Below are positions 1 through 12,910 of a DNA stretch of 64,000 nt, piece by piece. The stretch spans positions 25,296,001 through 25,360,000 of the forward strand of contig NC_043020.1 in the NCBI RefSeq assembly GCF_006345805.1, in the 5' to 3' direction. Position numbers and translations under genes: made by a program. Source of the DNA: Octopus sinensis. Lineage: Eukaryota. Numbering within the stretch: position 1 is the first letter of the stretch; the number at the start of each line of letters is the position of its first letter. Under the pieces are notes generated by a model, which was given only the letters and a program-made list of their open reading frames with translations, was not told the origin of the DNA and made no database searches.

Positions 1-2572
1 CATGTGAACTGGCCCACAAATACTCTGATGTTAGGCAAGTGCTCTACATCAGATAGAGCAGCAGCAGAACTGCACTTTAATCTGATGGATGAGTATTTCC
101 TGACTCAGCTAGTGCTTGAACCAACGAGACAGAATAAAACGATCTTGGATCTGGTATTGACCAATCACTCTAGCTACGTTCACAGTATTTCAGTCGAAAA
201 AACTCTCCTCTCAGACCACGACATGGTACTCTGCAATCTTAATTCCCGACATATAAAAACCAAACCAGCCAATCCCACTCCATGGCACCCATTTGACAAC
301 ATAGACTTCCACAAAGCGGACTGGGGAACAATCAGAAAGGATCTGTCTTCCATCGACTGGTCTTTTACTCTCAATTCCTCTCATATTGAGACCGCGTGGC
401 AGCACTTTGAAAACATTATCACCTATACATGCTCTAAACACGCTCCCAAGAAATCTACTAACACAAACATAAACCGGCTCCCTAAAAAGAAAAAAACACT
501 CATCAGGCGCAAAAAAATCAACCAATTAAAATATTCCCACATACAACATCCACATTCAACAACAATGAAAAGACTAGAGCTGGAAAAACTTCATCTGCAG
601 ACTAACATGAAAACCTCCATTGAAAATCAAAGAGCTGTGGAGGAACAATGGGTAATCAAAAACATCAAACAGAACCCAAAAGTGTTCTATTCTTATGCAA
701 ATAAGCATAGAACCACTGTCTCACCCATTGGGCCATTGATTGATGATAACGGCATTCCCCAACACGATGCTAAAGAAATGGCAGAAATACTGCAGAAACA
801 ATACTGCTCTGTCTTTAGTGTTCCCACTGATATTGACGTAAGGGAAAGGAACGAAGTTGACTCCCAACACAAAATCTTAGACATAACCTTCACTGCCACC
901 GACATCGTAGCAGCAATAAATGAGGTCAAACATTACTCTGCTGTAGGCCCTGATAGATTTCCCGCTAGTCTCCTGAAGGAATATAGATATCAACTTGCAG
1001 ACCCTCTGACCAACCTCTGGAGAAATTCGTTAGACGCAGGTTATATACCGAAACAGTTTCTATCCCAGTTGGTCATCCCGGTTTTCAAACAGGGAAACAG
1101 ATCCCTCGCAGTCAACTATCGCCCAATCTCACACACCTCCCACATCATTAAAGTGTTTGAAAGAGTGTTCAGATCAAGGATAGCTGACTTCCTGGAGACC
1201 CACAAACTCCTAAATTCAAATCAGCATGGCTTTCGCTGTGGCAGGGACTGTCTAACACAGCTCTTACACCACATTGATGATGTACTCAAAGCCTTGGGAA
1301 CAGGTTCGAACTCTGACGTCATATATCTTGACTTCAGTAAAGCGTTCGACAGGGTAGACCATAACATCCTACTCTCAAAATTGGCAAATGTTGGAATCCG
1401 TGGAAAAGTTCTACACTGGATTAAGTATTTCCTAGCGAATAGAACACAACATGTTGTAGTTGATGGAGTTCACTCAAACCCAGCAAAAGTCACCAGCGGT
1501 GTTCCCCAGGGAACTGTTTTGGGTCCGCTACTCTTCATAATCTACGTAAACGACCTTTCCAGTGTCGTACATTACTGCAAAGTGAAAATATTCGCTGATG
1601 ACACTAAGCTCCAGCAAATCGTCAATGAAGAAGCAGACCGAACTCAACTCCAGTCTGATCTATATGCTGTGAGTCAATGGGCAGACAGAAACAAAATGCA
1701 ACTGAATGAGGGAAAATTTGAGCTGATGCATTTTGGAAGAAATTCCTCACTAAAACAACCATACTCTCTTCCTTCAGGGGAACCACTCACAGCCTCTAAC
1801 AATATGAGAGACCTGGGTGTAATTGTTGATGACGATCTCAGTTGGAGTGCACACATCAACAAGAAGGTCGATATAGCTCGTAGGATGAGTTCCTGGATCT
1901 TAAGAACTTTCCGGTCCAGAGAACAAGGTGTCATCATACCACTTTTTTCCTCCTTTGTACGGCCACACCTTGAATACTGCTGCCCACTGTGGTCTCCTCA
2001 TACAAGACAAAACATCTCCAGAATTGAGTCACCCCAGAGGGCTCTCACTAAACAAATTGAAGGCATGGCTGCTCTCGATTATTGGGATCGCCTTAAAGCC
2101 TTGAAACTTTACTCCCTCCAGCGTCGCCGGGAGCGGTACATCATTTGTACGATGTGGAAAATATACCGCCAACTTTGCCCAAACGATCTAAACATTAGCT
2201 TCAAGGTTCATCCAAGACTTGGACCACGGGCTATACGTCCCCTGCCCAATTCAAGATCACAACATACATGTACACTGCAACATAATTTCTTTTCCTCAAC
2301 AGGCCTTGCCCTATTTAACATTATCCCGAGGGAGATCAAAGAGGAAAAGGATCCCATCAACTTTAAACAGAGTCTGGATAGATTCCTTCAAAGAATACCA
2401 GATAAGCCACCCATAATTGGATACAACTCACCCAACAAGAACTCACTACTTGAACAAAACTTGACTTAAACAAAACTTGACTTAAACAGGATTCGAATAA
2501 TCCTATTAAGTTAGACATGGCCTGGACCAATCTTTGGTCGAAACATATCTAAGTTTATCTAAGTTTAAGTTT
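1..2572 (+). mobile_element. CR1-group (CR1/L2-like) non-LTR retrotransposon, 5' part outside the window, 3' end complete
   Basis: Long ORF2 followed by a short 3' UTR with a GACCA-atctt-TGGTC stem-loop (2525-2539) and a tandem ATCTAAGTTT/AAGTTT tail (2547-2572) running into (TA)n. Confidence 0.9.
4..2469 (+). CDS. LINE ORF2: C-terminal part of the APE endonuclease plus reverse transcriptase (5'-partial)
   Basis: APE end motifs (LDLVLTN...SDH). RT motifs NYRPIS, QHGFR, YLDFSKAFDRVDH, GVPQGTVLGPLLF, FADD, RDLGV. CR1-type HLEYCCPLWSP. No stop in 821 codons. Confidence 0.92.
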   Translation: MNWPTNTLMLGKCSTSDRAAAELHFNLMDEYFLTQLVLEPTRQNKTILDLVLTNHSSYVHSISVEKTLLSDHDMVLCNLNSRHIKTKPANPTPWHPFDNIDFHKADWGTIRKDLSSIDWSFTLNSSHIETAWQHFENIITYTCSKHAPKKSTNTNINRLPKKKKTLIRRKKINQLKYSHIQHPHSTTMKRLELEKLHLQTNMKTSIENQRAVEEQWVIKNIKQNPKVFYSYANKHRTTVSPIGPLIDDNGIPQHDAKEMAEILQKQYCSVFSVPTDIDVRERNEVDSQHKILDITFTATDIVAAINEVKHYSAVGPDRFPASLLKEYRYQLADPLTNLWRNSLDAGYIPKQFLSQLVIPVFKQGNRSLAVNYRPISHTSHIIKVFERVFRSRIADFLETHKLLNSNQHGFRCGRDCLTQLLHHIDDVLKALGTGSNSDVIYLDFSKAFDRVDHNILLSKLANVGIRGKVLHWIKYFLANRTQHVVVDGVHSNPAKVTSGVPQGTVLGPLLFIIYVNDLSSVVHYCKVKIFADDTKLQQIVNEEADRTQLQSDLYAVSQWADRNKMQLNEGKFELMHFGRNSSLKQPYSLPSGEPLTASNNMRDLGVIVDDDLSWSAHINKKVDIARRMSSWILRTFRSREQGVIIPLFSSFVRPHLEYCCPLWSPHTRQNISRIESPQRALTKQIEGMAALDYWDRLKALKLYSLQRRRERYIICTMWKIYRQLCPNDLNISFKVHPRLGPRAIRPLPNSRSQHTCTLQHNFFSSTGLALFNIIPREIKEEKDPINFKQSLDRFLQRIPDKPPIIGYNSPNKNSLLEQNLT

Positions 2573-2592
2573 ATATATATATATATATATAC

Positions 2593-2625
<33 letters not shown>

Positions 2626-2635
2626 AACATATATA

Positions 2636-2668
<33 letters not shown>

Positions 2669-3135
2669 GCCATTATTCAGTTTATTTCAATACTTCTTGC
2701 CAATAGAGGAAGAACCAGTTTCTAACCTAGATCTAGTGTTCCTTCATACGTATGTATGTATGTATGTATGTTTGTATATGTATGTACGCATGTATATATA
2801 TATGTGTGTGTGTGTGTGCATGTAAATATATTTATGTCTATGTATATGTGGTGTGTATGTATATATATATATGTATATTTGTGAGTGCATATATGTATAT
2901 GAATATGATTGTATATATGTACGTATGCATGTATGTACGTATGTAGGTGTATATGTATGTTCACATGCATGCATATATGTTCATATGTATGCTTATATGT
3001 ATGTATGCATATATGTATGTTCGTATGTATGTATGCACATATGTATGTACGTACGTATGTAAGCATGTATGTATGTACGTAGTACGTTCGTTTGCATGTA
3101 TGTATGTATGTATGAACATACGCATGTATATCTGA
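2573..3135. repeat. Compound (TA)n/(TATG)n/(TG)n microsatellite region
   Basis: Seen directly; interrupted by a short unique stretch at ~2670-2745. Confidence 0.9.
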
Positions 3136-3621
3136 GACATGTCATAATTGATTAATAAAAATATTTACTTTACACCTTTTAAAATTGATCTAATTTGGAT
3201 AGTTTAGAGATGTGTCAACACTTTCATCTTTTTCTTTGTTTTCCTTATTTTTATTTATTTTTATTTGTTTTTCAATACTACGTCTATATATATATTTTTT
3301 ATTCCTTGGCCTATTAGAACTGATTTGCTGATCAAAAATTTTGTTGTTATATTTTTTATTATATAAAATTTCTAATTTGGATGACACCAAGTTTGTCAAA
3401 GCTCATTATTTAAATCAACCAAATAATGTCTGAATTTATAATTATCATGGTGGCCGATACGTCAAAAGATTTTCATCTTTTAACGATTACAGACCTTTCA
3501 GACTTGTTAATTTCCATGATGGCATTTTTCATTAGAATTTTTGAAAACTTTTATACAGCAAATCTTTGATACAGTTCACACTATTTCGTGTTGTTGTTGT
3601 TATCGTCGTCGTCGTCGTTGT

Positions 3622-3790
3622 TGTTTAGCCCGAGGTCAGTCCTGATCGGGCTGACCTATGATCAATGAAAACTCTAGCGGTGGCCATCTTGTATTTCTAG
3701 AAATATTGAGGGTTGTTGTCTAATATGTCATGTTTTATTTATTTATTTTCTTCTCAAGACGGTAAGGGAGAGGGTAATATGAGGCTTACT
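3622..3790 (+). repeat. Dispersed repeat copy (gttgtttagccc.aggtcag...tgatc family)
   Basis: Similar to 46900-47040 (+) and, reverse-complemented, to ~9880-10050 and ~37690-37830. Confidence 0.5.
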
Positions 3791-3992
3791 GCTTGACCTT
3801 TAATCAAGTTCTGATGGAGTGTACGAAGGATCACAAATTCCTTCATCTGTGACTATTTCGTGTTCTGTTCATTGTTTCTATCCCGTTGCCTCACAATGCT
3901 TGCGGTGTTCTCTCTCTCTCCTTCTGCGTTTCTCTCTCACTCCCCCTCCCTTTCTCTCTCTCTTTGTTGCATTTTTTCCTTTCTCTCTCTCC

Positions 3993-4037
<45 letters not shown>

Positions 4038-4439
4038 TCACATACACAGATACACACTTATACATGCATATACATACACACACACATTTTACAAAATATC
4101 GTAGTTGCGCAACTGACGGGTGAATGAAGGAATGAGAATTTAAGCAACGATTTTACTGACAATTATTCACCAAGTTACAAATAGGAGGCGATTCAAATGT
4201 CGAGTGGAAAGAAAACCGGTTTTAGTATATATACTGGAAAGTTACCATTACTGGAACAGCAACAACTGCCGGACCAGACTGTTGATTCCATCCAAATGAT
4301 GCATTGACAATAACAGGAAATCAAATTTAGCACGAACCCAAACCAAAATACTGCCGCTGGGAATTTTACTTCTCATCTAAAGCTAGAGGGTGTATGGGTA
4401 AGACATTAAACTGCATCCGATGGTGAGGCACCAATTCAG

Positions 4440-4640
4440 GAGTTGTAGAGTTGTGGAGAGCGTGGAGTCGCCCCTTAATTACCATTATTCCCAAGTCCGT
4501 TCTGACCGGGAATGGTAGTAGCTGTCAGAATCTTATCTATGGATTGAATAAATTCCCCAAGGGTAGAATAGGCTCCTGTTGTTTTTCACAGAACTGTGGG
4601 GAAGGCAAATGTTTTAGGAGAAAGACACCCTGACATAAAA
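4440..4640 (+). mobile_element. Possible RTE-like 5' UTR relic
   Basis: The motif aggcaaatgttttaggagaaagacaccctgacataaaacc resembles RTE 5' ends as I recall them; no coding evidence. Confidence 0.3.
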
Positions 4641-4953
4641 CCTGCAGTCAAGATTAGAAACCGTCATCTTGCGAAGCTTGTCACTGGAAGTAACCGAGAG
4701 AGCGGCAAAAGCGTTGTCCAAGCTTTTGTCTAACGACATTGCAGATGTCCCACGATCCTTTCATGTCTGGATTCGGTTTCTATTTCATAAAAGCCTATGG
4801 CGATGGATGAGTGACGTGTAAAGTCCTACTCACGTACATGTAAGGATGAATGTGAATTCAAAACATTCACGCTGAATGTGAGACGGCTCTCGCATGACAA
4901 GATGAGGCCATCATCATCATCATCATCATCATCATCATGCGCGTACACATGTT

Positions 4954-5003
<50 letters not shown>

Positions 5004-5379
5004 TGTGTGTGTGTGTGTGTGTGGCTGTGTGTGTGTGTGTCAGAATAAAGATCAGCAGTTGACGTACGTGAACCCGCAATGTCTAGACATCTTACATCAG
5101 TTTTGAACCTGCCTCCAGTCTAACCTAATCGCTATGTCGTTTGTTTTATTTGATAAATAATCTTTCTATGATAGAAATATTTTTAAAAGTACATCGATCA
5201 CAGTTTGAAAGTTTTGTTCGATTACAACGATTTATACCACAATGGAATGCATTACAATTATATACATCACAATTATATTTATTACATTGATGGTAATGTG
5301 TTCTCTCCCTGGTTGAGAATTACATCAGTGAACATGCGTGTGTATGCCTTTGTGTGTATCTATGAACATATACATGTAC

Positions 5380-5390
5380 ATCTGTGTGTG

Positions 5391-5442
<52 letters not shown>

Positions 5443-5545
5443 ATATATATATGTATGTATATATATATATAATATATATATGCATATATATTATATATAT
5501 ATATGTACATATATAATATATGTATATATATATGTATATATATAC

Positions 5546-5579
<34 letters not shown>

Positions 5580-5592
5580 GTATATATATATG

Positions 5593-5664
<72 letters not shown>

Positions 5665-5760
5665 CATATATATGTATATATATATATAACAAAGTGGAGT
5701 TGTGGGGTACCATATACATATGTATACATATACATACATATATATATGTACGCATATTAT
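5380..5760. repeat. Long (TA)n-dominated microsatellite
   Basis: Seen directly. Confidence 0.95.
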
Positions 5761-6389
5761 ATATCATATATTACATATTATTAATGTCACATACTTAATG
5801 TATGTTTCGTTTAAAAGCTTTTAAACTGCGGTATTTCATCCAGAGAAAGTTTTTAACAGAGAAAGTGTTTAAAAAGCATTGTACACCTCAAAACCAAGCG
5901 GAATGAATCGCTTCGTCGGTAAACGAGAACAGTGGATAGGGATACTCAGCTGCCATTTGAAATCATCGCAACCGTATACTTTAACCTCAGTATTAGAGCT
6001 ACCTCTAACTCAAAATTTAATCTTATTTCAATTGTGCGACGTTTTTCACATCAGCGGATAGATTTTATGCAATTCGTATATATCTCAGACCAGCGATTTG
6101 ACCTCGTCTGCAAAAAGGACTCGAGTATACGGTACTGAGAACTAACGTACCAACGAAATATCGCTATCTACCTTTCCGGATTATTTACGGAGCGATTCGT
6201 TTCGCCTGGTTTTGAATTATACAGGTTTTTCAATGCCATAATAGTAGGCAGAACGATATGTACAAAATATCCTTACTCCTGCCAGCATAGAATTGAAAAC
6301 TTATGATAGCATGAAACTGTAACATTATCACTAACGTCGTCATGATGATTAACACTAACGAAGTCGGTCGATGATGTATATATTTTATT

Positions 6390-6809
6390 ACATAGGAATA
6401 TATATATATTGTTTTTAGGAATGGTCATTTTGCCAGTTTAGCCAATAAAAACACACGCACTATATATTTGGTGTTACTTTGCTTCAGTGTTATTTATTTT
6501 TTACATTAATCTTAATCTTATTTCGGCCAGAGTTCATTCGTCATACTCCTGTAACCGCATCAGTGGTCCTTTGCTTTTTTCTTTCTTATTTGTGTGTCTC
6601 TCCTTACTAACGGTCAGCCATTTTGTATTTTGTATTCCTATTGCATATGTCTTCATTTGCGCATGCGTATACCTCTTTGTGTGTTTATGTTTAGTTAGTG
6701 TGTGTGTGGGATGGTGTGCCTGTAATATTTGTATCTCCTGTTTATATACGTTCGTGTAATTTGTTTTTGTTTTTGCTTATTTTTATTTTGTTCATGTGTT
6801 TACACCTAC

Positions 6810-6864
<55 letters not shown>

Positions 6865-6883
6865 CATTATTATTATTTTATTA

Positions 6884-6921
<38 letters not shown>

Positions 6922-8381
6922 TTTATTATTTTATTATTATTATTATTATTATTATTTTAATGTATATAGTTATTTACTTCCATTTGTTTATTTATCTGTG
7001 TATTTTATTATGTTTTTAGTTTTGTTTATATTGTTACCAGTTTATGGGGGTCTTCATCTGTCATATGCTGTAGTGTGTGGTAGTATTCCATTCCAGTTTC
7101 CTATTCAGGCTAGGTTTATCTTCTATTATGTGTGTAGCTTCCGTAATTTGTCTGATTGTTGAGACTGTTCTATGTGTGGACAAGATTTTAACTTTTATTT
7201 TGTTGAGTGATCCCCCGTGTTCCTGCTCGGGGTGTTGGTACAGAACCGATGAGCTCTTTTCTTCCTTAAGTTCTCTCCAATGTCCATTTACCCGCTCTCC
7301 TATGCTCCGTGCCGTTTCCCCTACGTATGTCATTGTCTTGTTACTGCATCGTCCCTCTATACATCTTATACTATAGACTACATTTCTGGCTTTACAGTTT
7401 GTTTGTGGGATAAATCTACACTCAATACAGTTCCTATCTGTACAGGGGGTTCTACTAAAAGGGTAGGTTCTACCAATTAGGGATTTGATAGGGTTGTCTG
7501 GCCTTTCAATAGCCTTAATCCTTAGCTTAAGTTTGTCTAGGGCCCTTCTAAAGCGGTACGCCAGTTCGCCTCTAGGAGTGGTGTCGACGAATATGACACT
7601 GGTATGTGTGGCTACCATACCAAGAGTTGGCCTTCCCTATTTTCTTCTTAGTCCTTTCAATAGTGTTCCATGACTTGCTCCTATAGAGTGGGCAAATCCC
7701 ATTCCTATCATTACATAAGCTAGTATCAAATTTCTTCATGGCTCCTTTGTATACTCTGATCTTTTCTTTATGGCTGTAACCTGAGACATGCATGCGGTGA
7801 ACGGAATGTTGTATGTGTCTCTTTAACTCTTTAGGCTCGCACATGCGGGACATATTTCGCATTATTCTGACGAGGTCTGCCATCAAAATATTGAATTTGG
7901 CATTGTCCGCGATAGCTGAGTTCCGGTGGATCATGTATTTGGAATCCATAGGTTTAGCATAGTACGAATGAAGGATTCGGGTTTTATTATTCTCAGTTTC
8001 CAGTCAGAGTTCTGTGTCTAGGACAGGTAGTCTATGGTTAGGGTGTTTAGTGGAGTAGTCTATCGTGACCTTAATACTCTGGTGGATGGAGTTAGCTATT
8101 TGCTAAATGCTCTCCATAGTATTAGTTTCTATTTCTATTTCAACAGTACTCTCTTGTGGAGGTGCCTTTACCACTATGCTGATATCATCAACATAGCGAG
8201 AGTACATTTTCACGAGTATGGAGTTCTGTGTCAGGCGTTCCTTAAGCCTTCTGTACCATCAAAAGGTTGGCCACATCACCGGTGATACTAACGTCGAAAT
8301 AAGATTAAGATTGATGTAAAAAATGAATAACGCTGAAGCAAACTAACACCCAATATATAGTGCGTGTGTTTTTATTGGCTA
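6390..8381 (-). mobile_element. Penelope-like retroelement, 5'-truncated, with inverted terminal (pLTR) repeat
   Basis: RT and GIY-YIG remnant on the minus strand. 87-bp inverted repeat 6439-6525 vs 8295-8381 (5 mismatches by eye). (TAT)n expansion in the 3' UTR at ~6810-6960. Confidence 0.88.
7061..8283 (-). pseudogene. Penelope-type RT (C-terminal half) + GIY-YIG endonuclease, disrupted
   Basis: GDVANLLM (motif-B-like), YSRYVDD (8184-8195), ANSIHQSIKVT..LPVLD, YAKPMDSKYMIHRNSA, and VVYSIRC...TYVGETARSIGERVNGH. Contains stops and frameshifts. Confidence 0.88.
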
Positions 8382-8397
8382 TATATATATTATATCT

Positions 8398-8439
<42 letters not shown>

Positions 8440-8529
8440 CATATATTTTGCAGCATAAAACGTCTGCATTTTCCTTTTAATAATTTTCACTGCACTTTAC
8501 CACGTGGGAAAGAAAATTTATCTTACCTT

Positions 8530-8570
<41 letters not shown>

Positions 8571-9067
8571 ATATATATATAACGTTGTGTTAACATATAT
8601 TTTCGGAAATTATGTGTGTGTGCATGTGTTTGTGTGTGTGTATGTGTGTGTGTATGTGTGTGTGTGTTAAGGCAGCAAAAACTGTCGGTTTTGTGAGGTG
8701 AGATCTATAACAAAGTTGTAATTTTCTCTTTACATAATTTGATTGTCTGAATTGTCTGAATTTCTCGAAATTCTGCCAAAGGATATTTAGACTTATGTGT
8801 CATAAATGAGGATTTGCCTGGGATCTGTATTTTATTATTGAACATTGATAACTAAATCCATCTAATACTGAGTGCTTTATTAATATCTGCCAGAAATTTT
8901 AGTCCCCAAATGTCGAGCGACGAGAAAGAGTGCTCAACACCGCATTTGTGGATAGAATTTCTTTATGGGGACGAACACCATTCTTCCATGTTTGAAAAAT
9001 TGTTAAGATATTAAGATATTTTACTTAACATGAAACCAATGGTAGCCGTCATACACAAATATGTATG

Positions 9068-9105
<38 letters not shown>

Positions 9106-11026
9106 ATGCCTAAATGTATTAGAAAATAAATTACCCATTGTGAAAGCTCGTTAAAGGAGTTTTAACAAAGCCGCTACAATGCCGGAAATATAAAAATGGA
9201 AAAAAATTATAAAAAAGAACCTAATTATTTTTTTTTACTTTAGATATCAATATTTCGACTTTAAAAGCCTTTAACAAGAGATGATAGCGATTTGGCTCTG
9301 ATTTGCACTGATACGCGAGGTCGGGAGAGAGATGTGTCATGTGTCGATTGGAAGTGTTCTATTAGCCAATCACAATCACACAATTCTTCTCAGTAAATCG
9401 TGGGATTTATTTTTATATTATCTTATTTATTTACTTATTCGCGTTAATACAATTTTTTTGCTATTCAGGTTTCCAAGTCTCTCTCAAAAAGCTCTAATCG
9501 TGTCTCTGATATGCTAGTTATAACCGTTGCAGTAATATCTTGTAGCAGAAGTCTCATCTGTATGAATATGTTCTTCAATGCACATGTGCAGTACTTCCGA
9601 AGTTAAACGTAAAATTCGCCATGTTTATTACTTGCTATGAGTAACTCCACGAATGGCCGTAAACAAATGTTTACATTGCTCATAAAACAGTTTACCAGTG
9701 TGGACTGTTGATCTGTGAGAGCAGTTAGTCATAGTGTCTAGTGGCCAACACCTATATCAGACTAGACCGATGATCATATACAAGTAATTACCCTGTCTCC
9801 TTGACAGACGCTATTACCACTAACACCAACACCACCATTTCCAATGCCAACACCGGCGAACCAAAAAGTGAACCTCTACTAGGCTTCTCGATTTGCTAGA
9901 TATAGCAACTAAATCTCTCTCAAATCACCTTCTGCCGTTTTCAAACAATTGGCAGATAGGATTATGCAGGTTGGTGTATATGTCTGCAAGAAGAAAAAAA
10001 AGACTGGGTGGTCATAAGTAGAACGATTTTAAACATAAGTCAACTCTGAGTCAACCAACAACTTCACTGCCCCCTCCCCACTTTGAGCCACCGTCGTCAC
10101 TATCACCATCATCGCTGTTGCCGCCGCCGCCGCCACCTTAATAGTCTCTACAAATCCTATTGTAAAACTATCTGCCATTCTATTTTACAGATATCTTCAT
10201 CAACACCACCACCTCCACCATCATCAGGGTCTGTACTTGGCCTAACCACCACCACTCCCACCATAAACAGAGTCGGCTCCATCATCGCTCTCTATCAACA
10301 CCATCGCCCCCATCATCGATCTCCACCAGCACCAGCATCACTAATACCTTTTCTTAAACCAGAACTACCACTACCACCATACCACCTTCATCGATGTCCA
10401 CACCACTATCATCATCATCATCAATACCAGAACTCCTTGTACCACAACCACCATCATCACTATCACCACCACAACCACCAGCGCTACATTTGATAGAACA
10501 CTATCTCTTATCCTTCTCCGCCCTGCCACTACCTTTTTCTCCTTATAACCGCACATAATACACAAAGCACATTTAACAATACAGACGACACACACACACA
10601 GAATACGTGATACTCATACTCATATATTACATAACATATACATACACATTACACCTGCACACATGCTATATACATCACGTACACACATACGATGTACAAG
10701 ACTCACACACTCATACACATAGACACACACAAACATGTAACGCACACACAACATACAACATGCACATACATACACATACACGTACAAACGAACACACAGG
10801 CCACACACACTCACGCTCATACACACACACACATTAACATATTCCTTTACACATTGCAGAAATATCATCCAACAAAGGTTTTGATAGAAATTTTGTGAAT
10901 TTTACTGTCTCTTTCCGACATTTTGACATTTCAGCAGACCTGACGAGAATGGACAACAAATATAATATAGAGCCATATAAAAACAACGCCATACATACAT
11001 ACATACATACATATAAGTACTTACAT

Positions 11027-11080
<54 letters not shown>

Positions 11081-11091
11081 ATATATACATA

Positions 11092-11125
<34 letters not shown>

Positions 11126-11540
11126 CATACATACATACATACATACATACATACAAGCATATGTATACATATATGTGTATGTGTATGCATACACGCGAGC
11201 ACACGTGAGCACATAAGTGCACTACAATCAATGTAGAAAAATATAGTATTCGAATACCAAAGGCAGCGCAAATAGCAAATTGGTATTTTTGATTGAAGTG
11301 TTACTCGGAGTTTCACGTAACTGATCATTAGACGAATCTCTGACAATCGGTTACGTGTGAACCCAGATTAACAGTTCTCGAAGCCTTGTAGGTATGTATG
11401 TATGTATGTATGTATGTATGTATGTATGTATGTATGTATGTATGTATGTATGTATGTATATTTGTATGTAGATTTGTATGTTTTGTTTTGTGTATGTATT
11501 CTCATACATATAGTTGCATATCTAGACATACTCTTCTATG

Positions 11541-11576
<36 letters not shown>

Positions 11577-11587
11577 ATTAGAATGAT

Positions 11588-11915
11588 AAACTTCTGAACA
11601 TTTTTACAGATTTTTACAGTTCCAGTGATGGATTGGATCTGTATCTTCGAATTAGCTTTCTCCTTTCTGGTTTTGAGAAGCCTAATTTCTCAAGACTGAT
11701 ATTCAGGAAGTCTGTTACATATCCCAGGACCCCAATAATTACAACTATAAACCTTAACTTGTAATTTCGATAGAGTAACTGCAGATTTCAGTTCAGCATA
11801 AGTGTTCTCTTCTTCATCGATATGTTTCAGATCGATGAAGAAGAGCTGATTTTCACAAATGTGCACAGTTTCTCTTCTCAATCCCAAATCATTATATCAG
11901 GTCTGTTGTGCTTAC
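11588..11915 (-). mobile_element. 3' fragment of a restriction-like endonuclease (RLE) non-LTR element (CRE/NeSL/R2-like)
   Basis: Manual translation gives RPDIMIWD*EEKLCTFVKIS ... LQLLYRNYKLRFIVVIIGVLGYVTDFLNISLEKLGFSKPERRKLIR ... IQSITGTVKICK, with stops and frameshift. Confidence 0.65.
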
Positions 11916-12118
11916 ATTGTATGTATTTATCTATACATATGCATATGTATATATTTTCACGAATGATTCTCTGCGTAAGTCGCTAATCGCGGTTTCAGGT
12001 TATCGATCTTCAGACACAAAGGCACTCAGGAACGTGTAGTCACTCTCGCAAACATAAATGTAATAAATTTTCTCACTCTCACTTAAGCACCTTTTTCTTA
12101 AATGTAATTCACGTGTAC

Positions 12119-12166
<48 letters not shown>

Positions 12167-12704
12167 TGTGTGTGTGTGTGTTTGTGTATGCATATGTATG
12201 AAACCATTCCAATGAATGCTTCTGTGGACGACCCAAACTTATGACATTTCCTTTCGACATCGTAGCCACATATGCCTTTTGTGACACGGTCTACTATTCG
12301 AACGCTCAAATGACTTCTCAATGATTCTTCCGTTTTTCTTGTAAATCATGTGACATCAACAGTTACATAAGCCGACTACTACGGAAACTTCAAGGACAGT
12401 CAGGTAAAGATTTTACAGACCTCAGCACATATATGTCGTTGTTAAACGTTGTCCAGATTCGGTGCAAGTTCTTTCCAATTTAATACGCTGCCACCAATCT
12501 CGTTATTGAAAGCGGTTAAAGCATTCTTTCCCATACACACGTGGTAACATTTGGTAAGTCTCTGTAAATGCCTGAAACGGAATTTCATAGAAACACGTTC
12601 CGCTTCGAAATCTTCCATTAATCAGCTTGTGACGGATCACCAAGTTCACAAAACGTACGTTCATTCGGCCAGCGGTGAAAAACTGATGGAGCCATTTGGT
12701 TAAA

Positions 12705-12910
12705 GCCAGGCAACGAAATGACAGAACCGTTAGCACGCCGGGGAAAATGCTTAGCGACATTTTTTCCGGCTTTACGTACTGAGTTCAAATACCGCCAAGG
12801 TTGACTTTGCCATTCATTCCTTCGGAATCAATAATATTAGTACCAATAGATTACTCGGGTTGATGTAATTGATTAACTCTGTCTCTAAAATTGCCAAAAT
12901 TTGAAATCGT
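12705..12910 (+). mobile_element. tRNA-derived SINE, family A
   Basis: A-box-like cagaaccgttagc, B-box-like gagttcaaatacc; homologous to about 8 other copies in the window. Confidence 0.75.

Noticed and set aside
12350-12560. Two plus-strand AG...GT pairs that could be exons
   Set aside because: The second has stops in all three frames, and the first is short with weak signals.
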